A stretch of 64,000 nt of DNA from Bacteroidota bacterium (lineage in GTDB: Bacteria; Bacteroidota; Bacteroidia; Bacteroidales; FEN-979). The notes under the pieces were generated by a model, which was given only the letters and a program-made list of their open reading frames with translations, did not search any database and was not told the origin of the DNA. Shown piece after piece: positions 44,662-58,644 of the stretch. Position 1 is the first letter of the stretch. Each line of letters starts with the position of its first letter. A program made the position numbers and the translations under genes. The DNA lies in NCBI GenBank assembly GCA_026391835.1, contig JAPLDF010000006.1, positions 4,773 through 68,772 of the forward strand, in the 5' to 3' direction.

Positions 44662-47600
44662 GCAATGATCATGCATTATACCTGATTACCAGGTTGAAAT
44701 ACCCGCTGCTTCTCCTGGTGTGGCTTTTCACATTACCGGGGTATCCGTCCGGGCAGGCCAGGATTGACAGCCTGGCCAACACCCTGAAATCAGAACAGAA
44801 TCCCCTGAAAAGACTCGGGAAAATGCTCCTTTTGGCAGAAAATGAGTATAACTACCAAACTGCGGTCTCTTTTGCCGAAAGTGCGATAAACCTGGCTGAC
44901 TCGCTCCGTATTGAGACTGATAAAGCAAAAGCATTAACCCTTAGCGGTATCGCATGGAAAAACTGGGGGGACAATTCGAAATCGGTTGACCGCCTGTTTG
45001 CTGCCCTGGACATTTACCAGCGGCTAAATGACCAGACTGCAATTGCCAATGTGCTCATGAATATCGGAGAAACCTTTCGCGCTAGCAACAACCATCAGCA
45101 ATCCCTTGAATATCTTAACAAGGCATTGGGCATTTATGAAAAAACCAACGATACCAGAGGGTTGGCAAGAACATACAACAGGCTCGCCGCAACGAATTAT
45201 GAAATTTTATATACCCTGCCGGATTTTGAGAAACTGGTCAATGAATCATACCCTGCCTATGCGGATTTTTACCAGGAAGTTATTTCAGATAGCCGGTTAA
45301 AAAGAGCACTGGACAATTCGTCGAGCTACATCGACAGTGCTGACCACTATGCAAAGCTCTCAAAACTTGACCAGTTAATGGTATCGGACGACATCCTGAG
45401 AGCAGCCATTTATTCAGCAACAAATCAACTGGACAAAGCACTTTTAAGTTACGGCAAGATCTTGCATGACATTGACAAAACGGGTGCCCGCCAGGAACTA
45501 CCGCTTGCATTGATCAACCTTTCCGGAATCTACAGAAAGAAGAAGGATATCGTTAAATCCATTGACTGCGCAAACCAGGCATTTGAGATCGCACAAAAGG
45601 AAAATATTAAAGTCTACCTTTTAATGTCTTGTTACAAATTATTGGAAATTTACCAGGACATGAAAGATTATAAGAGGATGTATGAAATGTTATCCATCAT
45701 TCATCTGACAAATGAACAATACCATAAAGATGACTTTGAAGTACTGTTAAGCGCCATCAGGCAGCAGGAGAAGATTACAACAAGGGAGTCGGAAATAAGC
45801 CATCGAAAGACACAACTCCGATTTCTGTATATTTTCTTTTCAATCATCCTGCTCTCTTTTTCAATTTTCATCTTCACCTTGTTCAGGAAAAACAGGCGGC
45901 TTAAATTGCTGTTGCAGGAGATAAACAAAAAAAACCAGATCATCAGGCAACAAAATGATGAACTATCTCTTGTCAACACTGAAAAAGACAAATTCTTCTC
46001 CATCCTAGCCCATGATATGCGTGGCTCCTTCAATGGATTTTTAGGGTTAACATCCCTGATGACAGAAGAACTGCAAACCATGACATTTGAGCAGATCAAG
46101 AACATCGCTCTCAGTATGAAAAGATCAGCGACAAACCTCTACCGCCTGCTCGAAAACCTGCTTCAATGGGCCAGCATGCAACAGGGACTGATTCCTTTCA
46201 GGCCCGAACGGGTTTCCCTGCGTTCTGCTGCAACTGAAAGTGTGAACGTGTTTCACGAAGCCGCTAAAAATAAAGGAATTGACATCGTATATGATATCCC
46301 GAACGACCTGGTTGTTTCAGCTGACATCAACATCCTTCAAACCATCATCCGGAACCTGGTTTCAAATGCGGTAAAGTACACGCCTTCAGGCGGAAAAATA
46401 AATATTGCTGCAAGCAAAACCGGAGATTTGTCCGTAGAAGTCTGCATCAGCGACACAGGCATCGGGATGAGCCGGGAATTGGTTGACACTCTTTTCCGAC
46501 TCGACGTTCAAACAAACCGCCAGGGCACCGAAGGGGAACCTGGCACCGGTCTTGGTTTGATCATCTGCAAGGACTTTATTGAAAAACAGGGAGGGAGATT
46601 GCTGGCAGAAAGCGAAGTGGGAAAAGGCTCAAGGTTCACCTTCCAGCTTGAACTGGCACCTGCAACGGATGATTCGGTTGAAAAACATGCATCCCGGCTG
46701 GAACCAGGCAACGGGCATGAAATTGCGGATAAAAATGATCAATTGCAGGATGGTTGGCGATTGAAAAGGCTGGAAGATTTTAATGCCACAGTTCCAAACA
46801 TTCTTATTGTTGACGATGTACCGGCCAACCTGCGCATCCTGGGCGACATTCTCGAAAACGATGGTTATAAGGTAAGGCCGGTTCTTAGCGGCATGCAGGC
46901 ATTGCAGGTATCGGAAAAAGAGAAGCCTGACCTGGTTCTGCTCGACGTCATGATGAGTGACATGGATGGATTTGAAGTTTGCCGCCTGTTTAAAGGGAAT
47001 CCAATTCTCAGCGATGTGCCCGTTATCTTTATCAGTGCGCTGAACGATATCAATGATGTTGTAAAGGCTTTAACAGCCGGGGGTGCAGATTATATCACCA
47101 AACCATTTCAGCCGGAAGAAGTAAAAGCACGGGTGGCCACGCATCTTAAAATATACCACCAAAGCAGGGAACTACGGGAGCTCAACAGAACCCTTGACAA
47201 CCGTGTTGAAGCGCGCACCACGCAACTTGAACTCACAAATAAGGAACTTGAATTTCACCTCAGGGAAATAGAGCAGTTTACCTTCATCACTTCCCATGAT
47301 CTCCAGGAACCGTTGCTGACCCTGACCAACTTTACCCAGCTTATCCGGGAAGAGTATGCAGGGAAACTGGATGAAGACTGGAATAAATACCTTGAATTTA
47401 TCAACGATTCTGCGAACCGGATGAAAGCCCTTGTAAAAGGGTTGCTCGACTATGCATTGCTGGGCAAAGACAGCACCAGGTGCAATTTTGACAGCAATAA
47501 ATTAGTCCGCGATGTTATTCATGAACTTGCCGGTGTGATTAACGCAAACAAGGCAAATTTAATAACACGGGAACTCCCGCGGCTCCATGCTTACGAACCC

Positions 47601-47939
47601 GAATTGAAACTCCTGTTCCTCAACCTGGTAACCAATGCTTTAAAATTCAGGAGAACAGGCGTCGATCCTGAAATAGAAATTTCAGCTGAAATCCAGGGGA
47701 AAGAATGGATCTTTTCGGTTGCTGACAATGGAATCGGGATTGAAGAAAAGCAACATGAAAAGGTTTTCGTAATTTTCCAGCGTTTGCACAATCGTGATGA
47801 GTTTGGCGGGATAGGAATCGGCCTGGCCCACTGCAAAAAAATAGTGGAAATGCATGGGGGCAGAATATGGCTTGAGACAAACAGAAATGGTGGTTCAACA
47901 TTCAGATTTTCCATCCCCATTGTCCCGGATATCGCCTAA
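44658..47939 (+). CDS. TPR-sensor multidomain kinase: TPR repeats, TM, kinase core 1, receiver, coiled coil, kinase core 2
   Basis: Kinase core 1 has FFSILAHDMRGSF and GTGLGLIICKDF. The receiver has ILIVDDVPANL...DLVLLDVMMSDMDG. Kinase core 2 has FTFITSHDLQEPLLTL and GIGIGLAHCKKI. The start overlaps the upstream stop (ATGA). Confidence 0.85.
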   Translation: MSNDHALYLITRLKYPLLLLVWLFTLPGYPSGQARIDSLANTLKSEQNPLKRLGKMLLLAENEYNYQTAVSFAESAINLADSLRIETDKAKALTLSGIAWKNWGDNSKSVDRLFAALDIYQRLNDQTAIANVLMNIGETFRASNNHQQSLEYLNKALGIYEKTNDTRGLARTYNRLAATNYEILYTLPDFEKLVNESYPAYADFYQEVISDSRLKRALDNSSSYIDSADHYAKLSKLDQLMVSDDILRAAIYSATNQLDKALLSYGKILHDIDKTGARQELPLALINLSGIYRKKKDIVKSIDCANQAFEIAQKENIKVYLLMSCYKLLEIYQDMKDYKRMYEMLSIIHLTNEQYHKDDFEVLLSAIRQQEKITTRESEISHRKTQLRFLYIFFSIILLSFSIFIFTLFRKNRRLKLLLQEINKKNQIIRQQNDELSLVNTEKDKFFSILAHDMRGSFNGFLGLTSLMTEELQTMTFEQIKNIALSMKRSATNLYRLLENLLQWASMQQGLIPFRPERVSLRSAATESVNVFHEAAKNKGIDIVYDIPNDLVVSADINILQTIIRNLVSNAVKYTPSGGKINIAASKTGDLSVEVCISDTGIGMSRELVDTLFRLDVQTNRQGTEGEPGTGLGLIICKDFIEKQGGRLLAESEVGKGSRFTFQLELAPATDDSVEKHASRLEPGNGHEIADKNDQLQDGWRLKRLEDFNATVPNILIVDDVPANLRILGDILENDGYKVRPVLSGMQALQVSEKEKPDLVLLDVMMSDMDGFEVCRLFKGNPILSDVPVIFISALNDINDVVKALTAGGADYITKPFQPEEVKARVATHLKIYHQSRELRELNRTLDNRVEARTTQLELTNKELEFHLREIEQFTFITSHDLQEPLLTLTNFTQLIREEYAGKLDEDWNKYLEFINDSANRMKALVKGLLDYALLGKDSTRCNFDSNKLVRDVIHELAGVINANKANLITRELPRLHAYEPELKLLFLNLVTNALKFRRTGVDPEIEISAEIQGKEWIFSVADNGIGIEEKQHEKVFVIFQRLHNRDEFGGIGIGLAHCKKIVEMHGGRIWLETNRNGGSTFRFSIPIVPDIA

Positions 47940-49120
47940 CAACTCATTTCACCTGCATTTTTCTTAGCCGATAACAGGTTATACGCCCCTTTTATGACCA
48001 CTTTGGCTGTTTTGGCATCCATCCCTTCAGGCAGCCTGATCTCTGTAAATCCGCCGTCAGTCACTCCTTTATGGACCTCGACCATTTTGTACTCGGTAAA
48101 CTGCTTGCCGCCTTCTTCTTTGTTTTTCTCAAAAAGGAAAATATAGTCCTTGTCATCGAAGCTGACAATGGCTTCGGACGGAAGGGAGGTAACCTCGTTT
48201 GCAGTGGCCTCAATGGTGGCATTTACGTACATGCCGGGAAGTAAATTCTTGCAGGTACCGGTCACGGTGGCATATACCTTATAGGTTTTATCTGAGTTCA
48301 CCGATCGCCCGGTCTGGTATATGACCGCTTCATGCTGTTCCGTTTCATTGTTGATAAAAAAGCGGATTCTCTGGCCTGCCGCCACCTTGTCGGCATCTTT
48401 TTCAAAAAGGATCAGTTCAAGGTACAACTTATCGCTGTTCACAATCTCAAACAGCACATCGGTTGGCGCCACATACTTGCCGATATTGATGTTTACCGAT
48501 TTTACAAAACCGGATATCGGTGAAACCACCGCCACCGATCTGCTGATATCGTCTTCGTGCAGATTGGCCGGGGTGATGCCAATCAATGCCAGCTTTTGTT
48601 CCAGTGCCCGCACCTGGGCTTTCAGGCTTTTATAATCAGCCGTTACTTTTTGCAGGTTTTGCTGTGAATACACATCCTCCTTGTACAATTCGGTATGCCG
48701 GAGATATTCTGCTTCGGCGAATTCGAGTTTGCTTTTGGCTTCGAGATAATTTTGCTGAATATCGACAAACTCCTGGTTTTCAAGAATCGCGAGTGTTTGT
48801 CCCCGGGTAACCACATTGCCTGGCATCAGCATGGTGCTTTTTACAAAACCTCCAAAAGGCATGCAAACTGTGGCAAGATTCTGCGGTGGTACGCCCACGG
48901 AACCATTGACCTTCAGATTTCCGCTGAGCGATCGCATTTCGATGGCACCGGTTTCGATATTTGCCAGTTTAACCTGGTCGGCTCTCAGTTCCACAATGTC
49001 GGGAGCAAGAATCTCGGTGGCCTGAACTTCAGGATTGGCCTTTTTTCCCTGGTTGCAGGAGACAAGCAGGGCCAGGAGAATGATGGAGGCTATGGCTGTG
49101 ATGGAAAAGTATTTCTTCAT
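47936..49120 (-). CDS. RND efflux periplasmic adaptor (membrane fusion protein, CzcB/HlyD-like) lipoprotein
   Basis: Lipobox LLALLVSC. It has a coiled-coil/barrel-sandwich pattern and lies directly downstream of the RND pump. Confidence 0.82.
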   Translation of the reverse strand: MKKYFSITAIASIILLALLVSCNQGKKANPEVQATEILAPDIVELRADQVKLANIETGAIEMRSLSGNLKVNGSVGVPPQNLATVCMPFGGFVKSTMLMPGNVVTRGQTLAILENQEFVDIQQNYLEAKSKLEFAEAEYLRHTELYKEDVYSQQNLQKVTADYKSLKAQVRALEQKLALIGITPANLHEDDISRSVAVVSPISGFVKSVNINIGKYVAPTDVLFEIVNSDKLYLELILFEKDADKVAAGQRIRFFINNETEQHEAVIYQTGRSVNSDKTYKVYATVTGTCKNLLPGMYVNATIEATANEVTSLPSEAIVSFDDKDYIFLFEKNKEEGGKQFTEYKMVEVHKGVTDGGFTEIRLPEGMDAKTAKVVIKGAYNLLSAKKNAGEMSC

Positions 49121-49132
49121 GAGGCTGGTTTG

Positions 49133-53524
<4,392 letters not shown>

Positions 53525-53675
53525 GTTGAAATTGAATTAAATATTCACAAAATTCCAATGTCTTTTTTATAGCAGCAACACAAAGGGGGAAATGAGGCAT
53601 GCTCAAATGCAGATTCTTAGCGCCTTACCGCCTGGGCGGTACAAAAGCTGTAAAAGAAAATCGCGGGATAAAGGG

Positions 53676-53990
53676 TTAGCCTATTTTTGGCGGTTGCCAG
53701 AAAGTCATGTCGAAGAAAGAGAGGAATGCAGTTGATCCGGGGTGGACAGGCCGCTTGAAGGAGGAAAAAGGCTGGCTGATGACCGTGACAGGCGCGATGG
53801 TAACCGGGACACTGCAGCAGGAACAAATACAAAAGGGGGAACAGGCATCGGCATGATCAGAAGTTGTACCGGACGGTTGATGTTCTGTCTGGCCGGGATC
53901 CTGCTTATGTATGGACATTCCTTCATCCACGCATGGCGCGGAGGCCAGGCAGAAGATGTAAACGCTCAGGATGAAGGCAATATATTTCAT
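53676..53990 (-). CDS. Small Cys-rich secreted or membrane protein. It resembles the Bacteroidota family I recall as DUF6660; the name needs checking.
   Basis: ATG 53990 gives MKYIAFILSVYIFCLASAPCVDE...DACSPFCICSCC...FWQPPKIG. It lies upstream of the czc-type operon. Confidence 0.6.
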   Translation of the reverse strand: MKYIAFILSVYIFCLASAPCVDEGMSIHKQDPGQTEHQPSGTTSDHADACSPFCICSCCSVPVTIAPVTVISQPFSSFKRPVHPGSTAFLSFFDMTFWQPPKIG

Positions 53991-54064
53991 GATCTTTTGA
54001 TACAAAGGTACCGTTGGCAAAAATACAACAAATGACTATGCAATAGGGTATCTGGCGCTAAAAA

Positions 54065-54427
54065 TTATAACAGCCGTTGCCTGCTTCCCGACTTATGCAG
54101 CACGATGTTCACTTTTTCAAGGGTTATCAGGCCTCCTTTGGGGATTTTTTCGAAATAGGGAAGAATGGTTTCTATAAAGCCCTCGATCTTTGCAGGTTCA
54201 TCGATGATCTCAATCACGATGGGCAGCTTTTCCGTGATCTCCCAGAGATTTTGAGAACTCACGACACTGCTGGCACCGAAACCCATAAAACCTTTCAAAA
54301 CAGTTGCCCCGGTGAGTCCGTAGCGCTTGGCAGCAAAGACCACCACTTCATACAACGGCGCATGTTTGAATTTATCCGTCGAACTGACAAATATACGCAA
54401 CAACCTCGCTTCATCTGAAATTTCCAT
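54065..54427 (-). CDS. DUF190 (PII-like) protein, a common partner of CrcB
   Basis: ARLLRIFVSSTDKFKHAPLYEVVVFAAKRYGLTGATVLKGFMGFG. It lies 3 nt downstream of crcB. Confidence 0.75.
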   Translation of the reverse strand: MEISDEARLLRIFVSSTDKFKHAPLYEVVVFAAKRYGLTGATVLKGFMGFGASSVVSSQNLWEITEKLPIVIEIIDEPAKIEGFIETILPYFEKIPKGGLITLEKVNIVLHKSGSRQRLL

Positions 54428-54430
54428 TTG

Positions 54431-54811
54431 TCATATAACTTTAAGGATGAACATATTACCGACATATGTCGCCAAAAGCCCCAGGAAAACGCTCAGGCCT
54501 GCGTACAAGGCAAAGTAAAAGAAGTTCCCGTCTTTCAGCAGGGCAAGATTTTCGCTGGCAAACGTTGAAAAAGTTGTAAACCCTCCGCAAAAACCAACCG
54601 TAAGGAACATTCTCCATTCGGGGGTAAGGATATTGCCTTTTTGTGAGAAGCCGAAAATCATACCGATAAGCAGGCAACCGGTAACGTTCACGATGAAGGT
54701 ACCAAAAGGGAAAGCGGAAAAAAACAGGTTCTGGAAATAGCGTGAAACGAGGAACCTCGAAACTGTTCCCAAAAAACCGCCGGCACCCGCAATCAGGATC
54801 AGCCTTATCAT
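54431..54811 (-). CDS. crcB: Fluoride ion channel CrcB/FluC
   Basis: 126 aa with four TM segments, GGFLGTVSRF and GFCGGFTTFSTFASE. Confidence 0.88.
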   Translation of the reverse strand: MIRLILIAGAGGFLGTVSRFLVSRYFQNLFFSAFPFGTFIVNVTGCLLIGMIFGFSQKGNILTPEWRMFLTVGFCGGFTTFSTFASENLALLKDGNFFYFALYAGLSVFLGLLATYVGNMFILKVI

Positions 54812-57120
54812 ACAACCCGGTAAAATAGTTTCTCTGCCGACATCAGGATCACTTCGCCGGTTGCGGGCAATGAGAAATCTGGTTCAATTTCATGGCCGGA
54901 TACTGCAGAAATTGCATCCTTGATCGCCAGCCACACCGACAGTGCCAGCATGAACGGAGGCTCTCCCACCGCTTTGCTCCTGCGAATGGCGCCGGGATTC
55001 GGCACATCGTGCAGGAATTCCACCCTGAAATCCTTTGGAATATCGTTTATGGTAGGAATTTTATAGGTGTCGGGAGAATGCGTAAGCAGGTTGCCATCCT
55101 TGTCCCATTTGATCTCCTCGGTCGTGCACCATCCGACACCCTGGATAAATCCGCCTTCTACCTGCCCTTTGTCAATGCCTTCGTTGATGGAATCGCCCAC
55201 ATCATGAATGATGTCGGTGCGAATGAGCAGGTGTGCACCGGTGAGGGTGTCGATCATCACCTCCGAAACGGCCATCCCGTATGCATAGTAATGGAAAGGC
55301 TTTCCCTGCCCGGTTTCCCGGTCGAAATGGACCCCGGGGGTTTTATAAAAACCCGTTGCACTCAGGCTGACCTGGTTCAGCCGCGCAAGGTTGCAAAGCT
55401 GGTCAAAGGGAATTTTATACGCGGGGTGTTCTTTGTCAAAAACGCAATTTTCGAGGAAAGTGATATTTTCCTGGTGAAAAGAACACCCGGGGTGATTTGC
55501 CGTAAGTTCTGCGACGGCAAGCCTGGCCAGCCGCTCCTTGATGGTATCGATGGCATTTTTAACCGCCATGCCGTTGAGGTCACTTCCCGTGGAGGCGGCT
55601 GTGGGCGAGGTATTGGGAACCTTCGAAGTATTGGTGGCGTTCACCCTGACATGTTCGGGGGCAACACCCAATTCGGCCGAAGCAATCCGGAGAATTTTTG
55701 TATGAAGCCCCTGCCCCATCTCTGTTCCGCCATGGTTGACCAGTACCGTGCCGTCGGTGTAAATGTTGACCAAAGCCCCGGCCTGGTTCAGAAAGGCTGT
55801 GGTAAAGGAGATCCCGAATTTTACCGGTGTAAGGGCAAGGCCTTTCTTGAAAAATTCCTGCTTCCGGTTGAATTTCTCGATCTCCTGCCTTCGGTTTTGA
55901 TAGCATGATGTGCTGTACAACTTGTCGAACATCCTGAAAAGATGGTTGTTTTCGACCTTTTCACCATACGGGGTAAGGTTGCATTCATCGTTCCGGTAAA
56001 AGTTCAGGAACCGGATATCGGCTGCATCTTTCTTCAGGAAACGGGCAATGCGGTCGATGGCATTTTCGATGACGGCCATTCCCTGCGGACCGCCAAATCC
56101 ACGGAATGCGGTATTCGACGGGAGGTTGGTCTTCCAGGCTTGCCCGGTGATGGAAATATTTGGGAAGTAGTATGCATTATCTGCATGAAGCATCGCCCGT
56201 TCAAGAATTGCACGCGAAAGATCCGTCGATGATCCCGCATCGGAGTTCAACTCCACCTTGTACGCCTGGATCAGCCCCTGGTCGTCGAAGCCGATTTCAT
56301 ACTTCGACAGGAAGCGGTGCCGTTTACCGGTCATGATCTGGTCGTCATCGCGAAACAGGTGTATCTTTACCGGGCGTTTCGTGGCATTTGCGAGCAATGC
56401 AGCCCAGGCTGCCACATGATTTCCCTGTGTCTCTTTTCCTCCGAACGCACCGCCCATGCGCCTTACCTCTACTTCAACATCGTTTTTCTGTATCCCGAGC
56501 ACTTCTGCGACGATCTGCTGGGTTTCGGCAGGATTCTGGCTCGAAGCATGCATCTGCATCTCCTTTCCCTCCCCGGGAATGGCAAGTGCCGTTTGTGTTT
56601 CAAGGTACCAGTGCTCCTGTGCCCCGGTAACCAACTCTCCTTTTAACACATGCCTGGCGCTTTTCAGTGCAGCCTCCGCGTTGCCCCGTTCAATTTTCCG
56701 GGCAGGGGCCAGGATGTTGTTTGCAGCCATTGCCGCTCCGATGTCAAGGATGGCAGGCAGCAGTTCATAGTTGATGTTGATGCATTTTTCCGCTTCGAGG
56801 GCAGCCTCCTCGTTTTCGGCGGCTATCAGCACAACGGCCTGCCCGATAAAGTTCACCTCCTTGTCGGCAAGGCAGGGCTCGTCGTGAATTACCGGTCCCA
56901 TTTGGTTTTCACCGGGAATATCCTTTGCTGTAAGAATGGCGTGAATGCCGGGTATTGCCAGTGCTTCATTGATATCAATTTGCCGGATGACTGCATGGGG
57001 GTGTTTGCTGTACACAACTTTCCCGTGCAGCAGTTGACTGTTTACCAGCATATCTTCAATGAAAACCGATTCTCCGGTTACATGTTTCTCGGCACTGTCG
57101 TGTGGTTGTTGGTGTAGCAT
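54808..57120 (-). CDS. xdhB: Xanthine dehydrogenase molybdopterin-binding large subunit (XdhB in Rhodobacter/Pseudomonas nomenclature)
   Basis: 770 aa with HVTGESVFIEDM, RRMGGAFGGKE, AFRGFGGPQG and GGTEMGQGLHTK. Confidence 0.9.
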   Translation of the reverse strand: MLHQQPHDSAEKHVTGESVFIEDMLVNSQLLHGKVVYSKHPHAVIRQIDINEALAIPGIHAILTAKDIPGENQMGPVIHDEPCLADKEVNFIGQAVVLIAAENEEAALEAEKCININYELLPAILDIGAAMAANNILAPARKIERGNAEAALKSARHVLKGELVTGAQEHWYLETQTALAIPGEGKEMQMHASSQNPAETQQIVAEVLGIQKNDVEVEVRRMGGAFGGKETQGNHVAAWAALLANATKRPVKIHLFRDDDQIMTGKRHRFLSKYEIGFDDQGLIQAYKVELNSDAGSSTDLSRAILERAMLHADNAYYFPNISITGQAWKTNLPSNTAFRGFGGPQGMAVIENAIDRIARFLKKDAADIRFLNFYRNDECNLTPYGEKVENNHLFRMFDKLYSTSCYQNRRQEIEKFNRKQEFFKKGLALTPVKFGISFTTAFLNQAGALVNIYTDGTVLVNHGGTEMGQGLHTKILRIASAELGVAPEHVRVNATNTSKVPNTSPTAASTGSDLNGMAVKNAIDTIKERLARLAVAELTANHPGCSFHQENITFLENCVFDKEHPAYKIPFDQLCNLARLNQVSLSATGFYKTPGVHFDRETGQGKPFHYYAYGMAVSEVMIDTLTGAHLLIRTDIIHDVGDSINEGIDKGQVEGGFIQGVGWCTTEEIKWDKDGNLLTHSPDTYKIPTINDIPKDFRVEFLHDVPNPGAIRRSKAVGEPPFMLALSVWLAIKDAISAVSGHEIEPDFSLPATGEVILMSAEKLFYRVV

Positions 57121-57157
57121 CGCTTGTGGTTGAGTTAATGCTCACCAGGCCCCCCTC

Positions 57158-58633
57158 CTAATCGCTGGAACGGGGCACTGGGTCGGGTACATTTGAATCA
57201 ATGAAAAACTTCAGTAACAAATTTTTTGCAGCTGTATTCCGGAATTCGGCTTCTCCCCTTGCATCCGAAATCGGGGTAAATTCTTTGCTTAAAATGAACA
57301 TGGCATGTTCAATGTTTTCACGCGACCACTCTTTCCCCCTCAAAAAGGCTTCGGTTTTAACCGCACGTGCCGGTGTGGAAGCCATACCTCCGAAAGCAAG
57401 GATGATCCCCGCCACGGTTTCCTGCTGCCTGGTAAGCCTGAAAGCCCCGCTTACCGTTGAAATATCCATATCCCTGCGCCGCGAAACCTTGTATGAATTC
57501 ACATATGTTCCGGCAACGGTTTTCGGGATGGTGATCTCCATTATCAATTCATCATCGTTCAATGCGGTTTTCCGGTACCCTGTAAGAAAATCTTCGATGC
57601 CGATGATTCTCTCAGCAGCCAGGGAACGTACTTTAACCTTTGCCCTGTAAGCGATCAGCATTGGAAGGGTGTCGCCGATCGGGGAAGCTGAACCTACATT
57701 TCCCCCCAGGGTGGCCATATTCCTGATTTGCAAAGAACCGAACACTTTCAGCATGGCATGCAGGGCAGGCAACTTCCCTTCCGAAAAAAGCCTGACCTTT
57801 TCGAGCGGCAGGCCGGCGCCAATGATATACCCGTCGGGCGTTTCACTGCAGTGACGCAGTTCTTCAACACCCGAAAGATCGATGATGCCTGTCAGCAACT
57901 CCTTTTTCTTTGTCTGGCGCAATGTCACATCGGTTGAACCATTGATCACGGTGGACGTTGGATTGTCTCTTCTCAGCAATAACGCTTCTTTCAGGGTAAA
58001 CGGTTTGGCATAATGTTGTTTACCTCTTTTCTTTTTAAAGGTCTCTGTATTTGCAGTGATCTCCTGCAGCATTTCGATCACCCCCGATTCATATTGTGAA
58101 AAATGATCGACACCGGTTCCTGAACAAGCCTTTTGGGCTGCTTCCAGGATAGGCAGATACCCGGTACAACGGCACAAATTTCCGGTCAGGGCATCTTCAA
58201 TCGTTTCCCGCGACGGATTCTGATGGTTTTTAAACAGTCCGAAAAGCGACATAACCACACCAGGCGTGCAATAACCGCACTGGCTGCCATTGGTTGCCAC
58301 CATCATTTCCTGGACAGGATGAAGGACCTTGTGCTTTTCTTTTAAAAAGGCAAGGTTCTCGACAGTTATAAGTTGTTTCCCGTGAATCATCGGGAGAAAA
58401 ACCAGGCATGAATCAACAGTATTGTATACAAGTTTGCCATTGCTGCCTACTTCGGCAAGCACCACGGTACATGCACCGCAATCCCCCTCGGCACACCCTT
58501 CCTTGACCCCCTTGTGCATCGGCAGGGAACGGAGGTAATTCAATACGGTGGTTGTTGGTTTGAACCTGGAAGATTTGGAAAACTCAACTTCCACAATGCG
58601 ATCATCAAAGACAAACCGGATCGTTTCCTGCAT
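57158..58633 (-). CDS. xdhA: Xanthine dehydrogenase small subunit: two [2Fe-2S] domains plus an FAD-binding domain (XdhA in Rhodobacter nomenclature)
   Basis: GCAEGDCGACTV, CGYCTPGVVMS, NLCRCTGY and an FAD-binding PCMH-type region GGNVGSASPIGD. Confidence 0.9.
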   Translation of the reverse strand: MQETIRFVFDDRIVEVEFSKSSRFKPTTTVLNYLRSLPMHKGVKEGCAEGDCGACTVVLAEVGSNGKLVYNTVDSCLVFLPMIHGKQLITVENLAFLKEKHKVLHPVQEMMVATNGSQCGYCTPGVVMSLFGLFKNHQNPSRETIEDALTGNLCRCTGYLPILEAAQKACSGTGVDHFSQYESGVIEMLQEITANTETFKKKRGKQHYAKPFTLKEALLLRRDNPTSTVINGSTDVTLRQTKKKELLTGIIDLSGVEELRHCSETPDGYIIGAGLPLEKVRLFSEGKLPALHAMLKVFGSLQIRNMATLGGNVGSASPIGDTLPMLIAYRAKVKVRSLAAERIIGIEDFLTGYRKTALNDDELIMEITIPKTVAGTYVNSYKVSRRRDMDISTVSGAFRLTRQQETVAGIILAFGGMASTPARAVKTEAFLRGKEWSRENIEHAMFILSKEFTPISDARGEAEFRNTAAKNLLLKFFIDSNVPDPVPRSSD

Positions 58634-58644
58634 GATTTCTTTTT

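Noticed and set aside
47936-47939. Convergent kinase and efflux-adaptor genes whose stop codons overlap by 2 nt with no terminator between them
   Set aside because: The feature is real in the sequence but common in compact genomes. No further signal was seen.
53626-53641. The palindrome TACCGCC-TG-GGCGGTA between the Cys-rich gene and the RND pump
   Set aside because: The loop is too short for a stable hairpin and no U tract follows. It might be a protein-binding site, but a single short palindrome is not enough to call.
54812-54900. Expected a fluoride (crcB-motif) riboswitch upstream of crcB
   Set aside because: The crcB start overlaps the xdhB stop codon, so there is no non-coding leader in which a riboswitch could reside.
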